From: Myxococcales bacterium
Lineage (GTDB): Bacteria; Myxococcota_A; Polyangia; Fen-1088
Reading direction: 5' to 3'
DNA: 64,000 nucleotides
NCBI GenBank assembly: GCA_003142855.1
Contig: PLNW01000092.1
Location: forward strand, 11,826 to 75,825
Positions 22,759-32,217 of this stretch are shown here, piece after piece; the stretch's first letter is position 1; each line of letters opens with the position of its first letter. The notes below the pieces were generated by a model. It searched no databases. It was not told the DNA's origin and saw only the letters and a list, made by a program, of their open reading frames with translations. Made by a program: the position numbers and the translations under genes.

Positions 22759-25461
22759 GTGAAGGGCAGGTGGCCCGCCACCCATTATGGGCAAAGCCAC
22801 GTGGACAGTCTGAGAAAACAGACAGCGGAGGGAAGGCTCCGGAACCTGCGGCGCCCGCCAAAGACGCGCGCAAGGGCACCCGTGGTCCGACGTCCTCGCG
22901 AGCTAGGCGGTTCATTCCCCATCGTCGGCATCGGCGCGTCTGCCGGCGGGCTGGAAGCCATCGAGCAGTTCCTGCGCCACTTGCCACAGGGAAGCGGCAT
23001 GGCCTTTGTCGTTGTCCAGCATCTGGATCCCACGCACAAGGGAATGTTGGTGGAACTGCTCCAGCGGGCCACGCCCATGAAGGTCATCCAGGTCAAGGAC
23101 CGCCTGCGGGTCGAACCGGATCGCGTGTACGTGATCCCGCCCAACCAGGACATGTCGATCCTGCACGGGGTGCTGCACCTGCTGGCACCGGTGGCGCCGC
23201 GCGGGCTGCGCCTGCCCATCGATTTCTTCTTGCGCTCCTTGGCCGACGACCAGCGCGACCGCAGTATCGGCGTGATCCTGTCGGGCATGGGCTCGGATGG
23301 CACCCTGGGCGTGAGGGCCATCAAGGAGCAGGCCGGGGCGGTCTTTGTGCAGACGCCAGCCTCGGCCAAGTTCGATTCCATGCCTCGCAGCGTGATCGAC
23401 GCTGGGCTCGCCGATGTCATCGCGCCCGCCGAGGAACTGGCCGGCAAGATCGCCGCCTACCTCGCGCACGGGCCGCTGGTCAAACTGCGCGACCATCCGC
23501 TGGCCAGCAAGACCCAGAGTGGTATTGAGAAGGTGTGCGTGCTCCTGCGCAGCCAGACCGGCCACGATTTCTCGCAGTACAAGCGCAGCACCGTGTACCG
23601 CCGTGTCGAGCGACGCATGGGCCTGCACCAGATCGACAGCATCGCGGACTACGTCCGTCTCCTGCAGGAAAGCCCACAGGAGACCCAGCTTCTCTTCAAG
23701 GAGCTTTTGATCGGCGTGACCAGCTTCTTTCGCGATCCGGCGGCCTGGGAGGGCGTGCGCAAGAAGGCCATCCCGGCGATCTTGGCGGCGCATCCGGCCG
23801 GTGGGGCGCTGCGTGCCTGGGTGCCAGGATGCTCGACCGGGGAGGAAGCCTACTCCCTGGCCATGATCTTCAAGGAAGCGCTGGCCGAGGAGAAGCCGGC
23901 CGGCGGCTTTTCGCTGCAAATTTTCGCCACGGACCTCGACAAGGACTCTGTCGATAGGGCACGGCAGGGTGTCTATCCGGCCAACATTGCTGGCGACGTT
24001 TCGGCGGAACGTCTGCGCAGATTTTTCGTGGAGGAAAAGCACGGTTATCGGGTGGGCAAACAGATCCGCGAGATGCTGCTGTTCGCCCCGCACAACCTCC
24101 TCATGGACCCGCCCTTCACCCGGCTCGACATCCTGAGCTGCCGCAACCTTCTCATCTACTTGGCGCCCGAGCTGCAGAAGAAACTGCTGCCGCTGTTTCA
24201 CTACAGCCTCAATCCCGGCGGGGTTCTATTCCTTGGCAGCGCGGAGACCATTGGCGCGGCCACCGACCTTTTCGCTCCCCTCGACGGCAAGACGCGGATC
24301 TTTCGGCGTCTGGACAGCGCTCCGCGAACAGAACCGGTCGACTTCCCCACCTCGGTCTTGCCCGCGTACCCCCATGGGACTGCCGCGTTGGCTGGGCAGA
24401 CAGGCGCGCACAAGACCGCGCCCAACCTGCAGGCACTGGCCGAGCAGCTTCTCTTGCAGCGCCACGTACCGGCCGCCGTGCTGACCAACGACACAGGCGA
24501 CATCCTCTTCATCAGCGGCCGCACAGGCCCATACCTGGAGCCAGCAGCGGGCAAAGCCAACTGGAACATCTATGCCATGGCCCGCGAGGGGCTGCGCCAT
24601 GAGCTGAGCACGGCTTTCGGCAAGGCGCTGCGCGAGAAGCGCACTGTCACCCAGACCAACGTGAAGGTGGAAAGCAACGGCGGGATGCACGCCGTGGATA
24701 TCGCGATTGAGCCAATCCAGGAGCCAGAGACGCTGCGGGGGACGGTCATGGTGGTGTTCACGGAAGGGATGTCCGGCAATGCCAAGCTGCCGGGCAAGGC
24801 CAGGCGAACCGCTACCACTCCGGCCGCTCTGGCCCGCAGGGAACAAGAGCTGCGCCAGGCGCGCGACGAACTGCTGACGGCGCGCGAGGAGATGCAGACC
24901 TCGCAGGAGGAGCTCAAGTCGGTCAACGAGGAGCTGCAGTCCACCAACGAGGAGCTGCAGTCCACCAATGAGGAGCTGACAACCTCCAAAGAAGAGATGC
25001 AGTCCATGAATGAGGAACTGCAGACGCTCAATCAAGAGCTGCAATCCAAAGTGGACGAGCTGTCGCGGACCAACAACGACATGAGAAACCTGCTCGACAG
25101 CACCGACATCGCCACCTTGTTCCTGGACGATGCACTGAACGTGCGGCGCTTCACCCCCCAGATGCTCAAGATCATCAAGCTTATCCCGGGCGACGTGGGC
25201 CGGCCCATCACCGACCTGTCCTCGGATCTGGACTACCCCGATCTCGCAGAGAATGCGCGCGAGGTGCTGCGCAGCCTGGTCTTCAAGGAGAGACCGATGG
25301 CGACCCGCGACGGGCGCTGGTTTTCGGTGCGCATCATGCCTTACCGCACGCTCGACAACCGCATCGATGGCGTGGTGATCACTTTCGTCGACATCACCGC
25401 CGCCAAGACGCTGGAGGCGACGCTGCGGGCGACGCAGTCCGGCCAGGAGGCGGGAGGATGA
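22759..25461 (+). CDS. CheB methylesterase - CheR methyltransferase - coiled coil - PAS fusion protein
   Basis: 900 aa with a GTG start (uncertain). The CheB-like part is PIVGIGASAGGLEAIEQFLRHLP. The CheR-like part is VTSFFRDPAAWE...AWVPGCSTGEEAYSLAMI. A heptad coiled coil (EELKSVNEELQSTNEELQSTNEELTTSKEEMQSMNEELQTLNQELQ) precedes a C-terminal PAS (..RFTPQMLKIIKLIPGDVGRPITDL...WFSVRIMPYRT..). Confidence 0.85.
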   Translation: MKGRWPATHYGQSHVDSLRKQTAEGRLRNLRRPPKTRARAPVVRRPRELGGSFPIVGIGASAGGLEAIEQFLRHLPQGSGMAFVVVQHLDPTHKGMLVELLQRATPMKVIQVKDRLRVEPDRVYVIPPNQDMSILHGVLHLLAPVAPRGLRLPIDFFLRSLADDQRDRSIGVILSGMGSDGTLGVRAIKEQAGAVFVQTPASAKFDSMPRSVIDAGLADVIAPAEELAGKIAAYLAHGPLVKLRDHPLASKTQSGIEKVCVLLRSQTGHDFSQYKRSTVYRRVERRMGLHQIDSIADYVRLLQESPQETQLLFKELLIGVTSFFRDPAAWEGVRKKAIPAILAAHPAGGALRAWVPGCSTGEEAYSLAMIFKEALAEEKPAGGFSLQIFATDLDKDSVDRARQGVYPANIAGDVSAERLRRFFVEEKHGYRVGKQIREMLLFAPHNLLMDPPFTRLDILSCRNLLIYLAPELQKKLLPLFHYSLNPGGVLFLGSAETIGAATDLFAPLDGKTRIFRRLDSAPRTEPVDFPTSVLPAYPHGTAALAGQTGAHKTAPNLQALAEQLLLQRHVPAAVLTNDTGDILFISGRTGPYLEPAAGKANWNIYAMAREGLRHELSTAFGKALREKRTVTQTNVKVESNGGMHAVDIAIEPIQEPETLRGTVMVVFTEGMSGNAKLPGKARRTATTPAALARREQELRQARDELLTAREEMQTSQEELKSVNEELQSTNEELQSTNEELTTSKEEMQSMNEELQTLNQELQSKVDELSRTNNDMRNLLDSTDIATLFLDDALNVRRFTPQMLKIIKLIPGDVGRPITDLSSDLDYPDLAENAREVLRSLVFKERPMATRDGRWFSVRIMPYRTLDNRIDGVVITFVDITAAKTLEATLRATQSGQEAGG

Positions 25462-25961
25462 AGAAACGGGAGAGCACGGCCCCCGCGGCGCTGCGGGCAC
25501 GGGCGGAGGACCGACTGAAAGCGAAAGCGAGCCGGTCGCAGGCCGCCGGTCCCCATTCGGCAGAGGAGATGCAGCGTCTCGTCCACGAACTGCAGGTTCA
25601 TCAGATCGAACTGGAGTTGCAGAACGACGAACTGCAGGAGACGCGAGCCGAGCTGGAGGTAGCGGCAAAGGTTCATTCTGACCTCTACGACTTCGCGCCC
25701 GTCGGCTACTTGACCCTCGATAGTGATGGGGTGATCCAGAAGGTGAATCTCAAGCTGTACCCCACCCTGCGGGTTCTCTTCATGTCGGAATACACCGACG
25801 ATGCCATCGGCCACCACGGCGTGCTGGACCCCGGGACACACTTCATTGCGAAGCCGTTCAACGCTGCCGACCTCACCCGCATGGTGCGCGAGGTCCTCGA
25901 CGAAGTACCGACTGACCAGCCGAGCCATGGCTCGAGCCTGCGCAACCGGGAGATCAGATGA
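25458..25961 (+). CDS. 167-aa chimeric ORF: a PAS-leader duplicate fused to the C-terminal end of a receiver domain (probable in-frame gene fossil)
   Basis: Residues 1-98 are about 70% identical to residues 1-98 of the next gene (..LVHELQVHQIELELQN[DE]ELQ..YDFAP[VI]GYLTLD..KVNL). Residues ~104-150 read LRVLFMSEYTDDAIGHHGVLDPGTHFIAKPFNAADLTRMVREVLD, which is a REC beta5-alpha5 tail. ATGA overlaps occur at both ends (25458-25461 and 25958-25961). Confidence 0.6.
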   Translation: MKKRESTAPAALRARAEDRLKAKASRSQAAGPHSAEEMQRLVHELQVHQIELELQNDELQETRAELEVAAKVHSDLYDFAPVGYLTLDSDGVIQKVNLKLYPTLRVLFMSEYTDDAIGHHGVLDPGTHFIAKPFNAADLTRMVREVLDEVPTDQPSHGSSLRNREIR

Positions 25962-26250
25962 AGAGGCGGGAGGTCACCGACACCGCGACCCTGCGCGCAC
26001 GAGCCGAGGACCGGCTGAAAGAGAAGTCGGGCCGGTCGCGGGCCGCCAAACGCAAGACAGCGGAAGAGTCGCAGCGGCTGGTCCACGAGCTGCAGGTTCA
26101 CCAGATCGAGTTGGAGCTGCAGAATGAAGAATTGCAACAGTCGCGGGCAGAGTTGGAGGCGGGGTTGGAACGCTACTCTGACCTCTACGACTTTGCGCCG
26201 ATCGGCTACTTGACACTCGATGGCGACGGGGCGATCCGGAAGGTGAATCT
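25458..26250. repeat. Direct duplication with a 500-bp period (about 290 bp per copy) covering the 5' ends of two adjacent genes
   Basis: 25461-25748 and 25961-26248 align base for base at roughly 75-80% identity by eye (e.g. ctgcaggttcaYcagatcgaRYtggagYtgcagaaYgaMgaaYtgca; gacctctacgacttYgcgccS..cggctacttgacMctcgatRg...aaggtgaatctca). Confidence 0.8.
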
Positions 26251-28237
26251 CAGCGCGGCACGCCTGCTGGGGCTGGAGCGCTCTCACCTGGTCGGGGCGC
26301 GCTTCGGCCTCTTCGTCTCGGCCGAGTATCGCCCCGCCTTCAACGCTTTGCTCGAAAAAGTGTTCGAGGGCCAGGCCAAACAGGTCTGCGATCTGACGAT
26401 CGGTCCAGAGAAGAGCGCGCCCCTGTGGGTGCACGTCGAGGCGGTAGCCTCCGATGACGGTGGCCGTGAGTGCCGCGCTGTATTGACCGACATTACCGCG
26501 CGCCGGCGCATCGAAGAGACACTTCGCTTTCGACTGTCGCTGCTCGACCGTGCAGCCGATCACTCCCTCGAAGAGCTGCTGCAAGAGATGTTGGACGTGA
26601 TCGGAACGCTGACCGACAGCCCGATTGGTTTCTGCCACTTCGTCGAGCCTGACCAGAACACGCTTTCGCTGGCAGCCTGGTCCACGCGTACCATGAAGGA
26701 GTTCTGCTCGGCCAAGGGGCAAGGCACCCACTACCCGATCGCCGAGGCCGGTGTCTGGGTGGACTGCGTCCGTCAGCGATGGCCGGTCATTCACAACGAC
26801 TACGCGTCGCTCCCCCATCGCAAGGGGCTGCCCGAGGGACACGCCCCTATCACGCGCGAGCTGGTCGTACCCATCATCCGAGCGGATCTCATCGTGGCCA
26901 TCGTCGGTGTTGGCAACAAACCCAGCGACTACACGGACAGCGACGTCCAGATCGTCGCTCACCTTGCCGATGTGGCCTGGACCATCATCGAGCGCAAGCG
27001 CACGGAGCAGGCCCTACAAGAAAGCGAGACACGCTACCGTAAGGCTGCGGAAACGCTGGCCGAGGTGGACCGCAACAAGAATCAGTTCATGGCCGTGCTT
27101 TCGCACGAGCTGCGCAATCCGCTCGCGCCCATTACCAACAGCCTCTACATCCTCGACCACGCGGTTCCAGGCGGCGAACAGGCGAATCGAGCGCAGGCGG
27201 TGATTGGCCGACAGGTCGGACAGCTCGCCCGTTTGGTTGACGACCTGCTCGACGTGACCAGAATCTCGCACAACAAGATCCCGCTGCAGCGACAGCGATT
27301 GGATCTCAACGAACTGGTGCGGCGTACACTGGAGGACCATCGTCCCCAGTTCGAAGCGAACGAGGTACTCATCGAGCTAGCTCCCGCGCCCAAGCCCGTG
27401 TTGGTCAGCGGAGACCGAAACCGGCTCGCGCAAGTCGTTGGCAACCTCCTGCAGAACGCCGCCAAGTTCACCGGGCCGGGCGGTCGCGTGCGCGCAATCG
27501 TGTCGGTGGACAGCGAGGGCAAGCTGGCCGTGGTTCGTGTCGCCGACACCGGCGTGGGCATGGCCCCGGAGATGCTGGCGCGGCTGTTCCAACCGTTCTC
27601 ACAGGCTGATACCACCCTCGATCGCAGCAGGGGCGGCTTGGGCCTCGGGCTGGCGCTGGTCAAGGGGCTGGTCGAGCTTCACGGAGGCACGATCTCCGCG
27701 CACAGCCCTGGGCTAGGCCAAGGGGCAGAGTTCGTCGTGCGCCTGCCCCTCGCGCTGGAGGAGACTGCCACTGACGCGCTCGCGCTCCCACGCGCCCCGG
27801 GCGGCCGCCGGCGCGTGCTCATCATCGAGGACAACATCGACGCGGCCGACAGCCTGCGCGAGGCGCTCGAGTTCAGCGAGCATGAGGTCGAAGTCGCGTA
27901 CAACGGTCCAGCAGGCATCGCCAAGGCACGCAAGTACAAGCCCGAGGTCGTGTTCTGCGACATCGGGCTGCCCGGCATGGACGGCTTCGATGTGGCGCGC
28001 GCCTTCCGGGCTGACGACGCGCTCAGGGGCACCTATCTCGTGGCGCTGAGCGGATACGCCCAGCCCGAAGACGTGCTACGAGCGTCGGAGGCCGGCTTCG
28101 ATCAACATCTGGCCAAGCCGCCGAGCTTGGAGCGCCTGGAACAAGCCCTGGCGCGCGTGCCCGCGGCGAAAACTGCGCCCGAGCCAATGCACGAGTCCGG
28201 GCTCGACGAACAGACGCCTGGACCCGTCGTGAATTGA
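25958..28237 (+). CDS. Hybrid sensor histidine kinase (coiled coil-PAS-GAF-HisKA-HATPase-REC)
   Basis: 759 aa. It has an H-box FMAVLSHELRNPLAPI, an N-box NLLQNAAKFT, a G-box DTGVGMAPEM...GGLGLGLALVK, and a receiver VLIIEDNIDAADSL...DIGLPGMDGFDVAR...ALSGYAQPED...KP. Confidence 0.9.
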   Translation: MKRREVTDTATLRARAEDRLKEKSGRSRAAKRKTAEESQRLVHELQVHQIELELQNEELQQSRAELEAGLERYSDLYDFAPIGYLTLDGDGAIRKVNLSAARLLGLERSHLVGARFGLFVSAEYRPAFNALLEKVFEGQAKQVCDLTIGPEKSAPLWVHVEAVASDDGGRECRAVLTDITARRRIEETLRFRLSLLDRAADHSLEELLQEMLDVIGTLTDSPIGFCHFVEPDQNTLSLAAWSTRTMKEFCSAKGQGTHYPIAEAGVWVDCVRQRWPVIHNDYASLPHRKGLPEGHAPITRELVVPIIRADLIVAIVGVGNKPSDYTDSDVQIVAHLADVAWTIIERKRTEQALQESETRYRKAAETLAEVDRNKNQFMAVLSHELRNPLAPITNSLYILDHAVPGGEQANRAQAVIGRQVGQLARLVDDLLDVTRISHNKIPLQRQRLDLNELVRRTLEDHRPQFEANEVLIELAPAPKPVLVSGDRNRLAQVVGNLLQNAAKFTGPGGRVRAIVSVDSEGKLAVVRVADTGVGMAPEMLARLFQPFSQADTTLDRSRGGLGLGLALVKGLVELHGGTISAHSPGLGQGAEFVVRLPLALEETATDALALPRAPGGRRRVLIIEDNIDAADSLREALEFSEHEVEVAYNGPAGIAKARKYKPEVVFCDIGLPGMDGFDVARAFRADDALRGTYLVALSGYAQPEDVLRASEAGFDQHLAKPPSLERLEQALARVPAAKTAPEPMHESGLDEQTPGPVVN

Positions 28238-28255
28238 TCTCTCGCAGGATCGCGC

Positions 28256-29434
<1,179 letters not shown>

Positions 29435-29437
29435 TTT

Positions 29438-29459
29438 TCTCTCGGTTGTCCCCGAGAGA
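29438..29459 (-). promoter_or_regulatory. 8-bp perfect hairpin 3 nt upstream of the helicase start codon (possible translational control element)
   Basis: The mRNA sense reads UCUCUCGG-GGACAA-CCGAGAGA-AAA-AUG. Plus-strand arms are at 29438-29445 and 29452-29459. The hairpin covers the position where an SD would be expected. Confidence 0.35.
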
Positions 29460-29585
29460 CGCCATCCGAGCCTGCCTTTTCGCGCAACGATCCGAGACGA
29501 CCACTTCGAGGTTGGTTACTAACTACGAGCAGTAGTGATGCGGGCAACAACCCGTGAAGTCAAGGTTTTGATGATCGCTGCCGAT

Positions 29586-31433
29586 CTACGGCAACGCGAC
29601 CGCGTACTTCTTCAGCGCCGTCGCGTGGGCCGAGATGACGGCGAGCGTGCTTGAATCCGCGTCGTAGACGGAGAACCATCCCGCCGTCTCGTGTGGGGGA
29701 TCCCCGGTCCACTTGCTGGGCGGACGAGCCTCGCCAGCCCAGGCCCAGAAGTTGTCCCCGGCAATCGCGCCCTGTGCGGCCATTAGACTCTCGACCTTGG
29801 AAAACAGCGATTGATAATATTTGTCGCGATTGGTGACCGGGGTTGCGGGATCGTACTTTCCGGTTGACGCCCATCCGTCGCGGGCCAGGCCGAACTCTTC
29901 CATCACCAGTGGCTTGCCCAGGCTTGCAGAATCCGTGTTGTGTGTGTTGAGGTAGTTCACCGCGAAATCCGTGGCGGTCTGCAATTGGCTGGCGCTACTG
30001 TCGGTGGCGTTGTACTTGCCCCATGGCTCGACCCAGATGTGGCAAGTGGTGTAGTCGATGGTGGGACTGGCGTGTGTGGTTTTGAAATCGCCTCCCCATG
30101 AACCCTCGCTGCCGACCGTGAGCATATGGTTGGAATCCAGCGACTTGATGAATTGGCCAAGATCGCCAATCCAATTGGCCGGGTAATTGCGCGGCTCGTA
30201 GGCAAGCTGCCAGGAGAAGATCGTCGGATCGTCGCGATAGGTCCGGCCGTTGACGGTATTGATGCGCTTGATGACGGTCTGGATGTGGGCCCGATAGGCA
30301 GTCTGGCAGGGCGCGCAGGCGTAGAAGCGGTCAATGTACTGGGTGAAGGTGTTGTAGTCTCCACCCGGATCCAATCGATAGGGGATCTTGGTGCCCTGTC
30401 CCCAGCTCACATACTGGGCCATCCCTCCTGTCCATTCCCAATAGTTGTTGAGCACCATCACCACGCGAATACCGCGTTGACTGAGCTGATCCAGAAAGTA
30501 GTCCAGTCCCTGAAAGACCTGCTCGTTGTAGACCCCGGGCTGGGGCATCAACGAGGGCACTGTGCGATAGGGCTCCGTGTCCGGCCCTTCCGAGGCTGCC
30601 ATGGCCCTGACGTTGGTAATGCCAAGAGTCTGCAGCCGATCGAGCTCGCGGCCCAGGCGCGCCCGGTCACCGGGTGAGCTGCTGGCGCCAAGATTCATGC
30701 CTTGCCAGAAGTTGGTGCCCACGAAGACGTAACGCTTGCCGGCCTCCGCGAACTGAGTCCCCTTTGTGGCGACAAAGGCCATGGTGGAGGGCTGGCTGCT
30801 GGCGTCCGCGCCGCCGACGCTGCCTGCATCGACGCTGCCGCCGGTTCCCGGTCCACCGGTGCCTGCGCCTCCGCTGCCTCGAGCGTCTATGCCGCCGTCT
30901 TTTCCGCCGGTCGCCGTGCCCCCGCTGCCAGCGGCGACCGTGCCACCCGTTGCCGTGCCGCCAGTGCCGCCTCCGCCGCTGCCGCCCGCCGTGCCGCCAG
31001 TCGACCCGCCACCGGTCGCTACGCCGCCGGTAGCCATGCCCGTCGATGCGCCACCTGTAGCCGTGCCGCCGGTCCCGCTGCTGCCCGCCGTGCCCGTGCC
31101 TCCAGCTGATGCGCCGCCGGCTTCGCTGGTTCCTGCCGCAGTTGTGCCGCCAGACAATGCGCCACCGGTTACCGTGCCGCCCGCGCCACCGATAGCCACG
31201 CCACCGGAGCTGCTGGTTCCCGCCGCGCTCGTGCCGCCAGTCGATGAACCGCCGGTAGCCGCACCGCCGGTCGCTTTCGAACCGCCCGAAGAGGTTGAGC
31301 CACCCACTGCCGAAGAAGCGCCAGCGCCGCTAGCCCCACCAGCGTTCCGATTTGTGTTTCCAGGGGTGCCCGAACAAGCGACGGCAGCGAGCAACAACAC
31401 GGAGCAAGCAAAACTGGAAACCAATCGCATCAT
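29586..31433 (-). CDS. Lipoprotein GH5 beta-mannanase-like enzyme with a G/A/T/S-rich linker
   Basis: 615 aa. The signal and lipobox read MMRLVSSFACSVLLLAAVACSG. The catalytic part reads FVGTNFWQGMNLG...VMVLNNYWEWTGGMAQY...FSWQLAYEPRN...PLVMEEFGLARDG. The start overlaps the vapC stop by 4 nt. Confidence 0.8.
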   Translation of the reverse strand: MMRLVSSFACSVLLLAAVACSGTPGNTNRNAGGASGAGASSAVGGSTSSGGSKATGGAATGGSSTGGTSAAGTSSSGGVAIGGAGGTVTGGALSGGTTAAGTSEAGGASAGGTGTAGSSGTGGTATGGASTGMATGGVATGGGSTGGTAGGSGGGGTGGTATGGTVAAGSGGTATGGKDGGIDARGSGGAGTGGPGTGGSVDAGSVGGADASSQPSTMAFVATKGTQFAEAGKRYVFVGTNFWQGMNLGASSSPGDRARLGRELDRLQTLGITNVRAMAASEGPDTEPYRTVPSLMPQPGVYNEQVFQGLDYFLDQLSQRGIRVVMVLNNYWEWTGGMAQYVSWGQGTKIPYRLDPGGDYNTFTQYIDRFYACAPCQTAYRAHIQTVIKRINTVNGRTYRDDPTIFSWQLAYEPRNYPANWIGDLGQFIKSLDSNHMLTVGSEGSWGGDFKTTHASPTIDYTTCHIWVEPWGKYNATDSSASQLQTATDFAVNYLNTHNTDSASLGKPLVMEEFGLARDGWASTGKYDPATPVTNRDKYYQSLFSKVESLMAAQGAIAGDNFWAWAGEARPPSKWTGDPPHETAGWFSVYDADSSTLAVISAHATALKKYAVALP

Positions 31434-31921
31434 GATGATTCTCCCGTCGGCGGACGGCCCTTGCCACTCTGCTTTGCGCGCGCCCGCAGCGGGGTCACGC
31501 GCAGGCCGGCAGCCTTTGCCAGTCGTGCTTGCCGATCGTCGTGGGTCACGAATGCGGTCGCACCCAAGATGATCGCTGCGGCTACGTGCAGGATGTCGAG
31601 CGAACGGGCACCCTGGATGGCCGTGTGCCGGCGACTGATCGATTCGGCCTGGGAATACACGTCGACCAAATCATAGGCGGGTGGCTGCCAAAGGCCGGCC
31701 GCGATATCGGCCTGCACGTGACCCCAAGCCTGCTCGACGATGCCCAGGGAGATTTCGCGGCGAAAGACCTTGAGGTGCCATGCTGTCACCAGCTCGACCC
31801 TGTGCAGATGGGTCAGCACCACGGGCGGGGCAAACCGCGCCCGCACGCGAAGGGCTTGCGCGCTATCGGGTTCAGGAAGGTACCACTTCGTGATGACACT
31901 GGTGTCGAAGTACGCGGTCAC
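31430..31921 (-). CDS. vapC: PIN-domain type II toxin VapC
   Basis: 163 aa. It reads MTAYFDTSVITKWYL...SLDILHVAAAIILGATAFVTHDDRQARLAKAAGLRV, with the acidic PIN residues D6 and D(HDD). It overlaps the antitoxin stop by 4 nt. A tail of about 25 aa runs into the mannanase start. Confidence 0.85.
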   Translation of the reverse strand: MTAYFDTSVITKWYLPEPDSAQALRVRARFAPPVVLTHLHRVELVTAWHLKVFRREISLGIVEQAWGHVQADIAAGLWQPPAYDLVDVYSQAESISRRHTAIQGARSLDILHVAAAIILGATAFVTHDDRQARLAKAAGLRVTPLRARAKQSGKGRPPTGESS

Positions 31922-32178
31922 ACGCGCTCTCCCCGTAGCTCACGCACGATTTCGCTGGGCGTCGCCCCTGTCACCGTCGCATTCGCCATCATCTGCTTCA
32001 TCCTGAGGGCCGAGTCGGGCCAGCGCAGACGACCCTTCGCGTGGGTCGCGGGAACGATGCGCGCGACTACCTTCCCGCGCTTGGTGACAGCAATCTCCTG
32101 GCCCTTCTGCACCTGGGAAAGCACGCTGGCCAAACCGTGCTGAACCTCGCGAACCGTCGCCGTCTTCATGTTAGACAT
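31918..32178 (-). CDS. Type II antitoxin (Phd/YefM-like), partner of VapC
   Basis: 86 aa. It reads MKTATVREVQHGLASVLSQVQKGQEIAVTKRGKVVARIVP, the typical prevent-host-death N-terminal fold signature. It lies immediately upstream of vapC and overlaps it. Confidence 0.8.
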   Translation of the reverse strand: MSNMKTATVREVQHGLASVLSQVQKGQEIAVTKRGKVVARIVPATHAKGRLRWPDSALRMKQMMANATVTGATPSEIVRELRGERV

Positions 32179-32217
32179 TATGTCTAATTATCCGGGAAAG
32201 GGCAAGAGCCAACCTGC

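Noticed and set aside
22912-26962. Long minus-strand ORFs (22912..24201, 24226..25668, 25706..26962) across the CheBR and kinase genes.
   Set aside because: The plus strand encodes clear CheB, CheR, PAS, HisKA and HATPase motifs. The antisense ORFs lack any motif and show reversed GC3 bias.
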